Notes: a model not told the origin generated them from the sequence alone. A stretch of DNA of 53,151 nucleotides from Candidatus Thorarchaeota archaeon SMTZ1-45 (GCA_001563335.1 LRSL01000037.1:1-53151); one strand, 5' to 3'. Counted from the first letter of the stretch, positions 20,427 to 30,828 are shown. Made by a program: numbers and translations.

Positions 20427-21034
20427 AACTCCACGAAATTTCCTAGCAATTTCATTCCAAATTTGTGGCTCTTCTCAGGATGAAATTGTACTCCGTATAT
20501 GTTGTCTCGAATCACTGAAGACGTAAAGGTAATTCCATAATCTGTTGTTGCAAGAACATTTTCTTCATTAGAACATTTCACATGATATGAATGCACAAAA
20601 TAGAATCGTGCCTCCTCATACATTCCCTCAAAGAGACAAGAGTCTTGCGCAGTGTGTATGGTATTCCATCCCATGTGTGGAATTCTTAAGCTTTGTTCAT
20701 TATCAAAACGAAAACGGAATGTATCTGCTTCTATCCAACTGAGACCCTCAAGCACTCCTTCTTCACTTTTTCTAGATAGTATCTGCATTCCCAAACAAAT
20801 CCCAAGAATAGGTACACGGTTCTCCAAAACTAGTCTATTCAAGACAGGTATCATCTTTTGAGTTTGTAAATTGGTCATGGCTAAATCGAATGCACCAACT
20901 CCTGGGAGGATTAGCTTCTCAGCATTTTCAATTGTTTCCAAGTCTGAGGTTATTTCCGCCTTGTAATCCATTCTTTCAAGCATATTCAGGATAGATCCAA
21001 GATTCCCCATTCCAAAATCAATTATTGTTATCAT
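20420..21034 (-). CDS. hisH: HisH-like glutamine amidotransferase (AglY/WbuY type)
   Basis: MITIIDFGMGN start (ATG 21034), LPGVG, GICLGMQ, PHMGWN, YFVHSY and QFHPEKS. Confidence 0.92.
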   Translation of the reverse strand: MITIIDFGMGNLGSILNMLERMDYKAEITSDLETIENAEKLILPGVGAFDLAMTNLQTQKMIPVLNRLVLENRVPILGICLGMQILSRKSEEGVLEGLSWIEADTFRFRFDNEQSLRIPHMGWNTIHTAQDSCLFEGMYEEARFYFVHSYHVKCSNEENVLATTDYGITFTSSVIRDNIYGVQFHPEKSHKFGMKLLGNFVELC

Positions 21035-21374
21035 ATGAATGGCAAGACCTTTGCATGGATTGGTTATATTCCAGAGCCTTGCGTTCACAACTAATAAACA
21101 GATTCATTGAATATGTGTCATCTCTTAGACCTGATTCAGAATCCTCTGCTTGCAGACACGACTATTTGGCGCCAAAGATGAACTCTCTTTGAATTATATT
21201 CACAAAAGTAATCCCCATTTCATACCCAGAGTAGTATGTAGGTATTATGTACGTCATTTGTAGCTATTTTCTGGGTTTGACCTATATTTTATATGATAGT
21301 GATGTCTATTCTCCAATGGAAGTTGAGGTCGGTTGATGTGCCGTCTCAATCCAGCAACAGCGAGTTGAGGTAAT

Positions 21375-22124
21375 TTGAGCCAAAGCACAACAAAGAAGCC
21401 AAAACCACAACCAGTTCAGGTTCGTGGTCTAGGTCTATCTATTAGACTGTTTAGAATGAGCAATATGAATCTAACTCCAAACCAGCTAGCAGCTAAAATG
21501 AAAGATCTCGTCTATGCACCAACGACTGGAAAAGTAAAGAAGCTTGGAGCTGGTTTTAGTAATGTAAAGATTGAGGGGAAAACTGTCACTGCTGACTTTA
21601 TGGCCGATTTTCGCATTCTCGTTCGGTCTTTTGGAAAGGATGGCTTCTCTACAATGCCTTACTATTCTGTTGATAATGGATCAGTACTTGTAAAGTTTGA
21701 TCGGAAAACTATGGAAGTAAGGGGATCTGAGAGAGTTGCCAGTAGAATTAGAAGAATACTGGTTGAGCAATCTGGAGCAACAATAGAACCACTCAGTCTG
21801 AACGGTGGTGCAAAGAAACTTTATGACATGGCCACTGATGTGGATGCTGTCCTCGTGACTGGTGTAGAAAAAGGAAATCTCACCCAAGCTGAATTCAAGG
21901 GCGGTGGTCTCCAGAGTGAAGAAGAGGTGGGAATGTATACACGCCGGTACAAGGGTTCGGTCGCGAGATTCAGGGGGATGTTTGAATATCCAAGTCCACG
22001 AACATCGTTGAAGACATCAGTTAATGGTCCAGCTGGTTCCGTCATGATATGGACAAGTGATGAAATAAGTGAAAGAAACGTCCGCTGGATTGTAAAGCTG
22101 ATGGAAGACTCAGCACCACCTTGA
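21375..22124 (+). CDS. Hypothetical basic alpha/beta protein
   Basis: 249-aa ORF, TTG start after GAGGT; no family firmly recognised. Confidence 0.65.
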   Translation: MSQSTTKKPKPQPVQVRGLGLSIRLFRMSNMNLTPNQLAAKMKDLVYAPTTGKVKKLGAGFSNVKIEGKTVTADFMADFRILVRSFGKDGFSTMPYYSVDNGSVLVKFDRKTMEVRGSERVASRIRRILVEQSGATIEPLSLNGGAKKLYDMATDVDAVLVTGVEKGNLTQAEFKGGGLQSEEEVGMYTRRYKGSVARFRGMFEYPSPRTSLKTSVNGPAGSVMIWTSDEISERNVRWIVKLMEDSAPP

Positions 22125-22200
22125 GAGAGATAATTGGCTCAAACTTAGTACAGAAGATATGGGCTTACGAGCCCATACCCCTATCTACTTCTAGGTATTT

Positions 22201-22497
22201 TCACATCCAATCCTTTGCTTCCCTTTTTACAGCAATAATGGTACGAGTGTTATCTATATACCATCTTGTCTTATCTCTGAAGATTGGCCAGAACTCAAAG
22301 AATGTCTGTGGGTCCTCAGTTTCGAGCAAGAGGAACCCACTCCAGTCAGAACCCCATGCGTACTTGTAATCGCCAATGATCTTGAGATGCTCAGGCCAGC
22401 TTCCCTTTGAAAACTCATCCCAAAACTCCCTCGCTTTCCCTGCCTGTTCAGGAGTCATCATTTGAAACCGGTAGAATACAATGAACGCATATGTCAT
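22201..22497 (-). CDS. Small ferredoxin-like-fold protein (DUF3303/GYD-like)
   Basis: Probable start MTYAFIVFY; G....W.GFLLLETED pattern. Confidence 0.55.
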   Translation of the reverse strand: MTYAFIVFYRFQMMTPEQAGKAREFWDEFSKGSWPEHLKIIGDYKYAWGSDWSGFLLLETEDPQTFFEFWPIFRDKTRWYIDNTRTIIAVKREAKDWM

Positions 22498-22610
22498 CCA
22501 AACCACAATAAAACTTGGATGTCCGCCAATTAAAAACATTAGGACTGTTTCAATGTTAGGACTAGAAGTCGGTTTCACCTTCGATGGATTAAAAAGATGA
22601 AGAATGGACC

Positions 22611-23357
22611 GTGATATCGAAGGACATGCCTCCTGCTTCAGATGACATTCTTAGACGAGATTTTCAGCATGGCAAGGTAGCCTATGGCTTTCAGTGGAAT
22701 ACAGCACATCATAAAGACCTAGGACATACAATCGGAGACTTAGCATCGCTATGGGCACATCTGAATTCAATCCTGACTGGCAACATTCCTGCTAATCCAT
22801 TCATGGATCCTTTCTATACACGAGCATCTCGGTTACGTTTCTCGGACATGTCAAAAACAGAAAAGATTGGACTTAGAAAAAAACTCCGGCGTACAGGAGT
22901 TCTCACCTCTAGCATCGAGGATGATTTGGTGAATCTACTTAGAGATTACCACAGATCGAGAAATGAACTCAGCTATTGCGCAAATCATAGTATATTGAAA
23001 GAGTTTATCCTGAACGATCCAAACACAATTGCCATAGAGGTCCCTGTCTGGTCTGAACGGTATAAGCTAACAGGTCATGTGGACTTAATTCGTTATAATA
23101 ATAGTTTCATACAAGTGTGCGACTACAAACCAGGACCTTTGGAACAGACAAAAAGTCGGTTCATGGAGTCGATTCCACAAGTTTCAGCTTATGGTGAGAT
23201 GCTAGCGCACCATCTTGCTAATACCCTTCGGTCTGCATTTGAAGCTCCTCTCCTACCACGTATCAACTGTTGCGTATTTGATACTCACTCCTGTTGGCAC
23301 TTTGGATCTGAACTATTTGTACAGCTTGAAACAATGGGAAAAATTTCTGGTCTTTAG
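22611..23357 (+). CDS. PD-(D/E)XK (RecB-like) nuclease family protein
   Basis: EVPVW....LTGHVDLI....VCDYKP....QVSAYG motif set. Confidence 0.75.
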   Translation: MISKDMPPASDDILRRDFQHGKVAYGFQWNTAHHKDLGHTIGDLASLWAHLNSILTGNIPANPFMDPFYTRASRLRFSDMSKTEKIGLRKKLRRTGVLTSSIEDDLVNLLRDYHRSRNELSYCANHSILKEFILNDPNTIAIEVPVWSERYKLTGHVDLIRYNNSFIQVCDYKPGPLEQTKSRFMESIPQVSAYGEMLAHHLANTLRSAFEAPLLPRINCCVFDTHSCWHFGSELFVQLETMGKISGL

Positions 23358-24190
23358 AACTTTGAATTTTTCAAAATTGTCATCCTTACTTCTTCTTCGA
23401 CCCAAGGTGCTTCAGATGCAATTCCACTCCATTTCAGATGAATTGTTGGTCTTTCTGAAACAAGCCCTTCTCGGATTCTTGAGAAATAGTTTTCTGACAT
23501 CGTACCAAAATTACCAAGAGCTGGGTCTACAGGAATCCATCCATTTCTCTCAAGGAACATCTCACACCATGCATGCGGTTCAGGTTCTGGTCCATCTCGA
23601 TAATAATGACCTACAATTCTCCGAGCTGGAATTCTTACTGCCCGTAGTAATGCAATAAATAGGTCTGCATGTTCATCACAGTCTCCTTCTTTTTCTCTAA
23701 CTGCGCGAGCAGCTCCAATACGTTCATCAAGATGGGTCTTGAGCTTCATACTATTACGTACCATTTGGAAAACAAGTCTAGCGTATGACTCATTATCCCC
23801 AGTTCTCTCAGCCGCCCTTTGAGATAATTCTTGGACTAATGGGTCGTTAATTTCCCAATATTTCTGCATAGAACAATATATTCCTCTGGTCTTTGCCACT
23901 CGTTCTTCGGTGGTTGTTTGAGGTTCCATTAACCAGTCTCGGGTGATTGTATCAATTCGTAGCTCAACAGTTGGTGAGAAACTCTCTCCTGGATTTAATT
24001 CTGGAACCTTGATGACCGCAACCATATTCTTCTCTGCTTTTTCTGTGACTCTAGCTGGTGGAAAGACGTCAATCATCTCTACAAACTGATTCTCTATATC
24101 GGTAAAGAGATGCCAGATCATCATTCCGCGTTTTAGCTTTGAAGAACCACGATTATGCACATTAGCTTGCATCTCAATCTTAAGGCGCAT
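23354..24190 (-). CDS. Transglutaminase-like (Cys-His-Asp) protein
   Basis: GDCDEHA, IPAR, HAWCE and GWIPVDP triad motifs; no signal peptide seen. Confidence 0.88.
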   Translation of the reverse strand: MRLKIEMQANVHNRGSSKLKRGMMIWHLFTDIENQFVEMIDVFPPARVTEKAEKNMVAVIKVPELNPGESFSPTVELRIDTITRDWLMEPQTTTEERVAKTRGIYCSMQKYWEINDPLVQELSQRAAERTGDNESYARLVFQMVRNSMKLKTHLDERIGAARAVREKEGDCDEHADLFIALLRAVRIPARRIVGHYYRDGPEPEPHAWCEMFLERNGWIPVDPALGNFGTMSENYFSRIREGLVSERPTIHLKWSGIASEAPWVEEEVRMTILKNSKF

Positions 24191-24302
24191 GGTGTTTTCA
24201 CAGGTTCCTTAGATGTTTCAGGCTTAACTCGAATAGATTTATGTATTGTCTGGCTAACTTACCATTAGTCCTTTCTGAAAATGACGAACATGAGGTCTTC
24301 GC

Positions 24303-25742
24303 ATGGCAAAAGAACCTGACAAAAAACCTACTGGGGATAAAGGTGTCGTAGATGAGCTTCTTACGGAGCTTGGTGTTGACGATGAGATGCGACAGGAGCT
24401 CATAGATTCTGGTCGCATGACAAGTGATGTCATGAGAGTGGAATCTGCAGATCAGGTTCGTCGAAGAATGGAGATTGATAAAAGCATAGAGCGGCTTCAA
24501 GACAGTATTGGCCATCTTGAACGGAACATCATGACCGTTGATAGCTCGATCGATCGCATTGAAAGAGACCTCGTTCCTGTTGTTTTATCATTCTTGGTTG
24601 GCTTGAAAGGAAACCTAGTAAGTATGAGAGGGGATATCGTTACCCGAAGTAAACGGGCTGCGAAGACAAATCTTCAGGTGACTTACATAGATAATGATGT
24701 GAAGCCTATTGTAGATCAGGAGTTTCACAAAGTCGAGGAATCTCTGACTTCAGGCATGTCAACACCAATCCTTGAGAAAGTCCGAGATTTGACAGAGGGT
24801 CTTAAGGAAGCTATGAAAGTGACCTACGAAGAACTGTCTAATCTTAAAGCGAATATTGATGATTATACGCAGCGGTCAACCACTGAGGTTGAATTCCTTT
24901 CATCAGAGTTGGGACTGAAACCAAAGGTTGAGGTCCCAAAGGATATCGCTGAGAAAATGAAGATACTTGAGAGACGAATAGATGAGCTTTCTCAAGAACT
25001 TAGTATCTCCCAACAGAAAGTTGAAACCAGAAACTCTGAGATTGAGAATCTTCGTAAAGATAATGCATTGCTCAAGGTGATTAACGAGGAGCTTGAGGAG
25101 GATCTGGCAAAACTAAAGGCAGCACCTCAAGCAGATCTAGAAGCTCTCACTGAACTTAGATCGACTGTAAAAACACTGGAAGCATCACGTGACCTTCTTC
25201 AAGAGAAGGTCAATGAGGTTGAAGCACGAGCAATAACGGCTGAACAAAAAGGAAAGATGTACTCAGATCAAATCGCTAAGAAAGATCTTGAGATTGGTGA
25301 TTTGAAGACAAAGGTTAGGCAGCTTGAGGACGAAAAAGCGAAAACCGCTACTCGTTTGACTGAGATTGAAGAAATCCGAGCTCGTCTTAGATCATATGAG
25401 TCTGGTGACAAGGCTAGAGAACTTGAAAGGCTCAAGACTGAATTCGAGCGGGCATCAGCCAACCTTCAAAGGACCACAAATGATCTAAATGAAACTAAAG
25501 CCAAACTTGCACATACTCAAGAGACCCTTGAAGGCTATCTAGATCTTATGGATAGTACAGAGAAGACAAAGGCATTCTTGATGGTGGAGGAGCATGGTGA
25601 AATGTCCATTCGGGAGATTGCCAGATCTTTAGGTGTGGCGCCTGCAATAGTAATGAAATGGGCTGATGAGTTTCAAACATTAGGTATAGCTTGGGTTGTA
25701 GATGGTCAGACTCTAGTCCATCGTGATTACAAGAAAGAGTAA
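24303..25742 (+). CDS. Long coiled-coil protein with C-terminal winged HTH
   Basis: E/K/L-rich heptads over most of the C-terminal half; terminal MSIREIARSLGVAPAIVMKW HTH; no Walker motifs. Confidence 0.75.
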   Translation: MAKEPDKKPTGDKGVVDELLTELGVDDEMRQELIDSGRMTSDVMRVESADQVRRRMEIDKSIERLQDSIGHLERNIMTVDSSIDRIERDLVPVVLSFLVGLKGNLVSMRGDIVTRSKRAAKTNLQVTYIDNDVKPIVDQEFHKVEESLTSGMSTPILEKVRDLTEGLKEAMKVTYEELSNLKANIDDYTQRSTTEVEFLSSELGLKPKVEVPKDIAEKMKILERRIDELSQELSISQQKVETRNSEIENLRKDNALLKVINEELEEDLAKLKAAPQADLEALTELRSTVKTLEASRDLLQEKVNEVEARAITAEQKGKMYSDQIAKKDLEIGDLKTKVRQLEDEKAKTATRLTEIEEIRARLRSYESGDKARELERLKTEFERASANLQRTTNDLNETKAKLAHTQETLEGYLDLMDSTEKTKAFLMVEEHGEMSIREIARSLGVAPAIVMKWADEFQTLGIAWVVDGQTLVHRDYKKE

Positions 25743-25750
25743 GAGTAAAC

Positions 25751-26209
25751 TCAGACTACTGACTCAACTTTTTTGAGAAACTGAACAACTTCAAGAAGGC
25801 CCTCAATCCTCAAAGCATCATTATATAGTGCTTCAATAGCTATAGGCTTCAAGTCTTCATTTCTAAGATATGTGTGTATAGCTGGTCGCAGGACTTTCTC
25901 CAGATATTTGGATCTGAGTTTCTCTAATATGCGAATAAACTCATTATCAAGCTGTCCTGATTCAACTACACTTCTTAGTTTAGTGTGAAATCTCTCATAA
26001 TCTTCAAGACTTGTCAGTCCAGAATTAGCTTCTTTTAGAGTCTGTTTTGTCAATTCAACAGTAATTGTTGTCGCTTTATCATAGTTTCTAACTGCTAGAT
26101 ATTTCGTTTCAGAACATCGATCAAGAAATGGTCTATTCCTCTCTGATGCAAGGGTGAATAGATTACCCAACCGTTCTAGCTCTTTTGGCGCTGGCATTAG
26201 CCTAACCAT
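25751..26209 (-). CDS. Hypothetical helical protein
   Basis: 152-aa ATG ORF filling the gap between convergent and divergent genes. Confidence 0.6.
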   Translation of the reverse strand: MVRLMPAPKELERLGNLFTLASERNRPFLDRCSETKYLAVRNYDKATTITVELTKQTLKEANSGLTSLEDYERFHTKLRSVVESGQLDNEFIRILEKLRSKYLEKVLRPAIHTYLRNEDLKPIAIEALYNDALRIEGLLEVVQFLKKVESVV

Positions 26210-26304
26210 TTACAATTTCATAATGTATCCTTTTAATAATGATTACTAGGTATGTTAGACTGCACCGTAAGAGGCATAAGAACCAAATTTGATTGCATCT
26301 TGAG

Positions 26305-27351
26305 ATGAGAGAAGCTGCACTTTATTCCAACCTGAAGAACGGAATCCGCTGTGATCTTTGTGCACGACGATGTGTGATTCACGATGATGAAACAGGTTTT
26401 TGTCGAGTTCGAACTGCAAAAGATGGCAAATTATACTCAATTGTCTATGGACTTATAGACGGTATGGCTGCTGATCCAATTGAAAAAAAGCCCCTCTTTC
26501 ATTTTGCACCGGGTAGTAGTACTTTTTCAATTAGTACCTCTTCGTGCAATTTTAGATGCCAGTTCTGTTTGAACTATCACTCAGCACATCGAGAAACCCC
26601 GGTTGGTCAACAACTCACCCCTCAGGACATTGTGTCTCTCGCCCAGAAATATGGTTGCGGTGGAATAACATATACTTACACAGAACCTACAGTGTTCATT
26701 GAATTGGCACATGATACAGCAGAGATAGCTCACAATAAAGGTATGTTCAACACTTTCGTCACAAATGGCTATATGACTCGTGAGGCTATTGACTACATTG
26801 CTCCCTATCTAGATGCAGCGTCTATCAACTTCAAGGGGAGTGCCAATAAGAAGTTCTACAAGGAACTAATGTCTGTCCCAAAGGTTGAACCGATTTTCGA
26901 TGCTATGCTAAGAATGAAGGAAAAAGGTATCTTCATTGAAATTACTAATTTGATAATACCTAAGGTCGGAGACTCTTTGGAGGATTCCAGTACTCTTGCA
27001 AGGTGGGTTGTGAATAATCTTGGTGAGAAAACACAATTTCATCTAACAGCATTCTCTCCAACCTATAAGATGACTCATCTCCCTCGTACATCTGCAGCAA
27101 CCCTTGAAGCTCATATCAATGTAGCAAAAGATGCTGGGCTTGTTTATGTATATTCGGGCAATATCGCTGGTCATGACTATGAAAACACATACTGTCCTGA
27201 TTGTGGGTATAGAGCAGTCGAGCGTTATTCGGTTTATCTCAGTAAAAACAACTTAAATGAGGAAGGTCTCTGTCCAAAATGCAAGACTGATTTGAATATC
27301 GCTGGAGTCAAATGGATGGTTCTAGGAAAGGGGCAATTCAAGCTTTTTTGA
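26305..27351 (+). CDS. amrS: AmmeMemoRadiSam system radical SAM enzyme
   Basis: CDLCARRC, DPIEKKPLFHF, CNFRCQFC, YTYTEP, VTNGY, EITNL, YSGN and TYCPDCG. Confidence 0.92.
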   Translation: MREAALYSNLKNGIRCDLCARRCVIHDDETGFCRVRTAKDGKLYSIVYGLIDGMAADPIEKKPLFHFAPGSSTFSISTSSCNFRCQFCLNYHSAHRETPVGQQLTPQDIVSLAQKYGCGGITYTYTEPTVFIELAHDTAEIAHNKGMFNTFVTNGYMTREAIDYIAPYLDAASINFKGSANKKFYKELMSVPKVEPIFDAMLRMKEKGIFIEITNLIIPKVGDSLEDSSTLARWVVNNLGEKTQFHLTAFSPTYKMTHLPRTSAATLEAHINVAKDAGLVYVYSGNIAGHDYENTYCPDCGYRAVERYSVYLSKNNLNEEGLCPKCKTDLNIAGVKWMVLGKGQFKLF

Positions 27352-27355
27352 GGGA

Positions 27356-28255
27356 ATGAATTTGTTAATAGTAGATGTTGCTTGGAGAGAATTGGATGAT
27401 TCAACCTATGAATCTGGACTTCAAGTCTGGAGAGAGGGAGTGGAAACACTCGACTTTCTACCAGTACCTCCTGGAAAGCATCTTAATTGGTCATTCAGAG
27501 GTCCCAAACATTGTATTGGTAGTGTAGACGCATCAGGTAAGTATGTAAAGTGTCCTGAGAACTCCACCATTCTTCGTCAGGGAATGCGTTGCGGTCCTTG
27601 TGCTGCTATAGATTTCTATGATCCTTGTATCCGCTGTGATGGCCGAAACTGCCTAGCTACTGAAGCAAGAAAGACACAATGTGACATGTCAGATTATGCA
27701 TTGTATATTGTTGTTTTCAGTGACTTAACACTAAAGGTGGGAGTTTCATCAATGAAGAGAGTACGACTTCGATGGATTGAGCAGGGTGCTGATTTTGGAG
27801 GAATAATAAAAACCATCACCGGAGGACGTAAAGCAAGACGCTTAGAAGATCGAATTGGCAAACGTACAGATGTAACTAAGATGGTTAGAAGTGAGAGGAA
27901 AATTAGGAGCCTTCAAGATAGTCTTGGTATCGAAACCGCTCAAAAAATCGTTGATGACTTCATAGTTGGAGTTACAAGCATCGAATTAGGAACTAAGGTA
28001 AAACTGGAAGACCTATCTAAGTATTATTCATTTCCTTCACTAGATGTTAAACCAATACCTTGGAGGCAAAGATCTGACCCAATTGACCAACGCCCACTTG
28101 TCGGTGATGTTGTTGGAATGAAAGGATCACTCCTTCTAACTAGCATTGGCAGTTCATTTATAGTCACAGATTTGAAACAAGTTATTGGGTATAGCTTGGA
28201 TGGTGATGCAGATATTACCATGGTAACACAGAGTGGGCTCATGGATTTCTTCTAA
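27356..28255 (+). CDS. DUF2797-like Cys-rich protein
   Basis: N-terminal Cys cluster; LKVGVS...RWIEQGA and A..LE motifs; G.VVGMKG. Confidence 0.75.
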   Translation: MNLLIVDVAWRELDDSTYESGLQVWREGVETLDFLPVPPGKHLNWSFRGPKHCIGSVDASGKYVKCPENSTILRQGMRCGPCAAIDFYDPCIRCDGRNCLATEARKTQCDMSDYALYIVVFSDLTLKVGVSSMKRVRLRWIEQGADFGGIIKTITGGRKARRLEDRIGKRTDVTKMVRSERKIRSLQDSLGIETAQKIVDDFIVGVTSIELGTKVKLEDLSKYYSFPSLDVKPIPWRQRSDPIDQRPLVGDVVGMKGSLLLTSIGSSFIVTDLKQVIGYSLDGDADITMVTQSGLMDFF

Positions 28256-28290
28256 CAACCTTATTTAGGGTAGCAGTCAGTCGATAATTT

Positions 28291-29166
28291 GTGAACGCAA
28301 CAGCTGTGACAAAAGCGGAAGTCCGCTATCTCTCTCTTGTTAGAAAAGAAGGGGGAGAACCAATTATTGGCATTCCATATAGACCTATGTCTGTTGACCC
28401 AGACTTAGTCGCCAGTTTCGTTCTAGCAGTTATTATTTTTGAGAATAGACAGCTGAAGACATTTGTGAAAGAGGGCTATGTAGTTGTTATTGAAGAAGGT
28501 GCGTATGTTGTAGGTCTCCTCATTGTTGACAAAGTTGATGACGATGAACCATATCGCCAAAATCTAATCAAAATCGTTGAAAAATTCGAAGCGAATTATG
28601 AGTCATTACTTACATCATGGAAAGGCGATATTCGACCATTCCGTGAATATGCTTTGGATATTCTTCAAGTATATCCATACAGAACCTTTGACCTGAAAAT
28701 GATTCCTCGATTGGTAAGTAAATCAGAAGCCACTCCTGATTATCAGGCAATCATCCCATGGAGTGTAGGAACGACTGATGAAAAGCTTCAGACTGTTCTT
28801 GGTTATATCAACGGAAAACGTACTATTGAGGAAATAATGCAACAGTCAGAATTTGAAGACTCTGAGATTATGGCAATAATGTCAATGCTTGATAAATACA
28901 AATGGATTACACTGATACGACGTCTTGAGGATAATTCAATCCTTATCAAAATTAATGATCCGCCTATGGTCTTACTTGGCGTTTATGGTGATCAACTGAC
29001 CAAACTTGTTGAGTTATGTGATGGCACAAGAACATTATCTGAAATTTGTGAGCTTTTGCCATTCAACATGGAAGCTGTTAAGACAGTGGCAAATCGTCTA
29101 ATTGATGCAGGCGTGTTGAGTTATGTGGATACTTCCTCAATAGTAGAAAGAAAAATGGAGGTCTAA
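28291..29166 (+). CDS. Longin-like N-terminal domain plus tandem winged-helix protein (NPRL2/NPRL3-like), paralogue A
   Basis: Longin-like pattern (LSLVRKEGG..I, DPDLVASFVLAV, WKGDIRPF); YINGKRTIEEI...LDKYKWI and CDGTRTLSEI...LIDAGVL wHTH units. Confidence 0.6.
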   Translation: MNATAVTKAEVRYLSLVRKEGGEPIIGIPYRPMSVDPDLVASFVLAVIIFENRQLKTFVKEGYVVVIEEGAYVVGLLIVDKVDDDEPYRQNLIKIVEKFEANYESLLTSWKGDIRPFREYALDILQVYPYRTFDLKMIPRLVSKSEATPDYQAIIPWSVGTTDEKLQTVLGYINGKRTIEEIMQQSEFEDSEIMAIMSMLDKYKWITLIRRLEDNSILIKINDPPMVLLGVYGDQLTKLVELCDGTRTLSEICELLPFNMEAVKTVANRLIDAGVLSYVDTSSIVERKMEV

Positions 29167-29170
29167 GAAT

Positions 29171-29998
29171 TTGGCTTTGGATGTTTCGAAAGTACGGTAT
29201 ATCTCCCTTATCCGTATGGAGGGTGGTGAATCCGTACTAAACATACCTTATGCCGAGCTCACGGTTGACCCTGATCTGATAGCTGGATTTGTAACAGCAG
29301 TCATCATATTTGCCAAGACTCCTATTAGAACTATTAGGAAAGCTGCTTATGATATTCTTATCGAGGTGGGGGAAACTGTGTTAGTCTTACTCGTTGTGGA
29401 CCCAGTTCCTGACGAAGTTCCATACCGGGAAAAGTTGAAACGTATCCTCGTACTTGTGGAAAGTGAACATGGAGATAAGCTGAAACATTTCGAGGGAGAT
29501 ATTCGACGCTTCAGAGAATTTGCATTAGACATCGTGAAAGAGTTCCCATTCTCATCTGTTGACTTGGATCTTGTTCCTATTATGAAAGAGAAAGGTGTTC
29601 GAATTCCTTTCAGAGTTGGATCTGTCGACCATGATCTCGAACAGATTGAATCTTTCATTAATGGAAAGCGTACTGTGGCTGAAATCATGGACCTCATTGG
29701 ATTTTCCGATGACAAAGCCCTAGCATTAATTTCAATACTTGATAGATATCAATGGATTGATTTCAAAACACGTCTTACAGACGATGATATTCTTGTCCGA
29801 GGGCACTGTCCTGAGATGAAACTTGGAATTCTAAAATCTCAGTATGGAAAGCCACTAGAAGATATCCTTGAGAAATTTGACGGCACAATGAAAATCAAGG
29901 ATGTAGCTGAATCACTTCCGTATGACCAACGTGCGTTATGGTTCTTAATCAACAAGCTTGTAGAGGTTGGGTGTCTCTCTGTAAAGAAATCTCGCTAA
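29171..29998 (+). CDS. Longin-like N-terminal domain plus tandem winged-helix protein (NPRL2/NPRL3-like), paralogue B
   Basis: Colinear with paralogue A: ISLIRMEGG, DPDLIAGFVTAV, FEGDIRRF, FINGKRTVAEI, FDGTMKIKDV...LVEVGCL. Confidence 0.6.
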   Translation: MALDVSKVRYISLIRMEGGESVLNIPYAELTVDPDLIAGFVTAVIIFAKTPIRTIRKAAYDILIEVGETVLVLLVVDPVPDEVPYREKLKRILVLVESEHGDKLKHFEGDIRRFREFALDIVKEFPFSSVDLDLVPIMKEKGVRIPFRVGSVDHDLEQIESFINGKRTVAEIMDLIGFSDDKALALISILDRYQWIDFKTRLTDDDILVRGHCPEMKLGILKSQYGKPLEDILEKFDGTMKIKDVAESLPYDQRALWFLINKLVEVGCLSVKKSR

Positions 29999-30825
29999 AG
30001 TATTGTGTCACATCCAGGGATACCTACAACATCACTTCTGCACTGCTTGCAATGAGTGAACTGATTGATGTAAACAGATGCCTCTTTTCGAATCTCTTGG
30101 AGCTCCTGATGGGACGGTTTTCGATATTTTATGAATTTGTCATTCGGAAAGAGTGGTACTATATTGTGCAATGTTGCACCTAGCTTAGAAATAATGCATG
30201 CCAATGGCACAATGTCCTTCATATTAAGCTCTGGAATTAGAATTGAATTTACTTTGACAAAAATTCCTGCGTTAGCTGCTTTAGATATGCCCCTCAATTG
30301 TGCCTTGACAATTTTTAACCCCATCTCTTCATTTCTAAGAATAGAATCCTTAAATCGTGCCCACTCATAGATCTTAGATGCTGTTGAAAAGTTAGTAGTA
30401 CTCATGGAAACCGTAATCGTATCTACATTTATTTCTCTCAACCACTTAATCTTGTCTTCCAATAAAAGCCCATTAGTACTCAAACACATAGCTATGTCCT
30501 GATGTTCTCTTCTTATAATCTCAAGAGTTTCAAATGTTTCTGGATTTGCAAGAGGTTCGCCTGGTCCGGAAACAGCAACAAGCCTAAGATTTGGGTTCTT
30601 CTGAATTTCGACTCGTGTTCTTTTTATAGCATCTTCAGGGGTCATTATTTGAGCGGAGAATCCTGGTTTTGAGGTATGACATGAATTACCAACTGAATGT
30701 GAGCAAAATGCACATTTAACATTACAAACTGAGGCTACGGGCAGATGGATTCTATGCCAGAGTGAATCACGATTTGTAGCATAGCAGGGATGGTGATTAA
30801 AGGGATATCTGACAGAAATTACCAT
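29995..30825 (-). CDS. NifB-like radical SAM protein (SAM domain only)
   Basis: HPCY, RIHLPVA..CNVKCAFC, SGPGEPLAN, CLSTNG, KVNSILIP and HCKQCRSDVVG. Confidence 0.85.
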   Translation of the reverse strand: MVISVRYPFNHHPCYATNRDSLWHRIHLPVASVCNVKCAFCSHSVGNSCHTSKPGFSAQIMTPEDAIKRTRVEIQKNPNLRLVAVSGPGEPLANPETFETLEIIRREHQDIAMCLSTNGLLLEDKIKWLREINVDTITVSMSTTNFSTASKIYEWARFKDSILRNEEMGLKIVKAQLRGISKAANAGIFVKVNSILIPELNMKDIVPLACIISKLGATLHNIVPLFPNDKFIKYRKPSHQELQEIRKEASVYINQFTHCKQCRSDVVGIPGCDTIL

Positions 30826-30828
30826 TTT

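Noticed and set aside
19662-21034. Histidine biosynthesis operon
   Set aside because: No other his genes are nearby; sequence features and neighbours match the glycan-amidation paralogues.
22611-23357. Possible Cas4 / CRISPR locus
   Set aside because: RecB-like motifs are present, but the Cas4 four-Cys Fe-S pattern, other cas genes and repeat-spacer arrays were not seen.
23215-23658. 147-aa ORF spanning the nuclease/transglutaminase junction
   Set aside because: Fully overlaps two better-supported convergent genes and has no recognisable features.
24303-25742. SMC/Rad50 or Wadjet JetC
   Set aside because: No Walker A/B or signature motifs and no hinge; too short.
29995-30825. Evidence of nitrogen fixation
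   Set aside because: No nitrogenase structural genes are in the window and several NifB motifs deviate.
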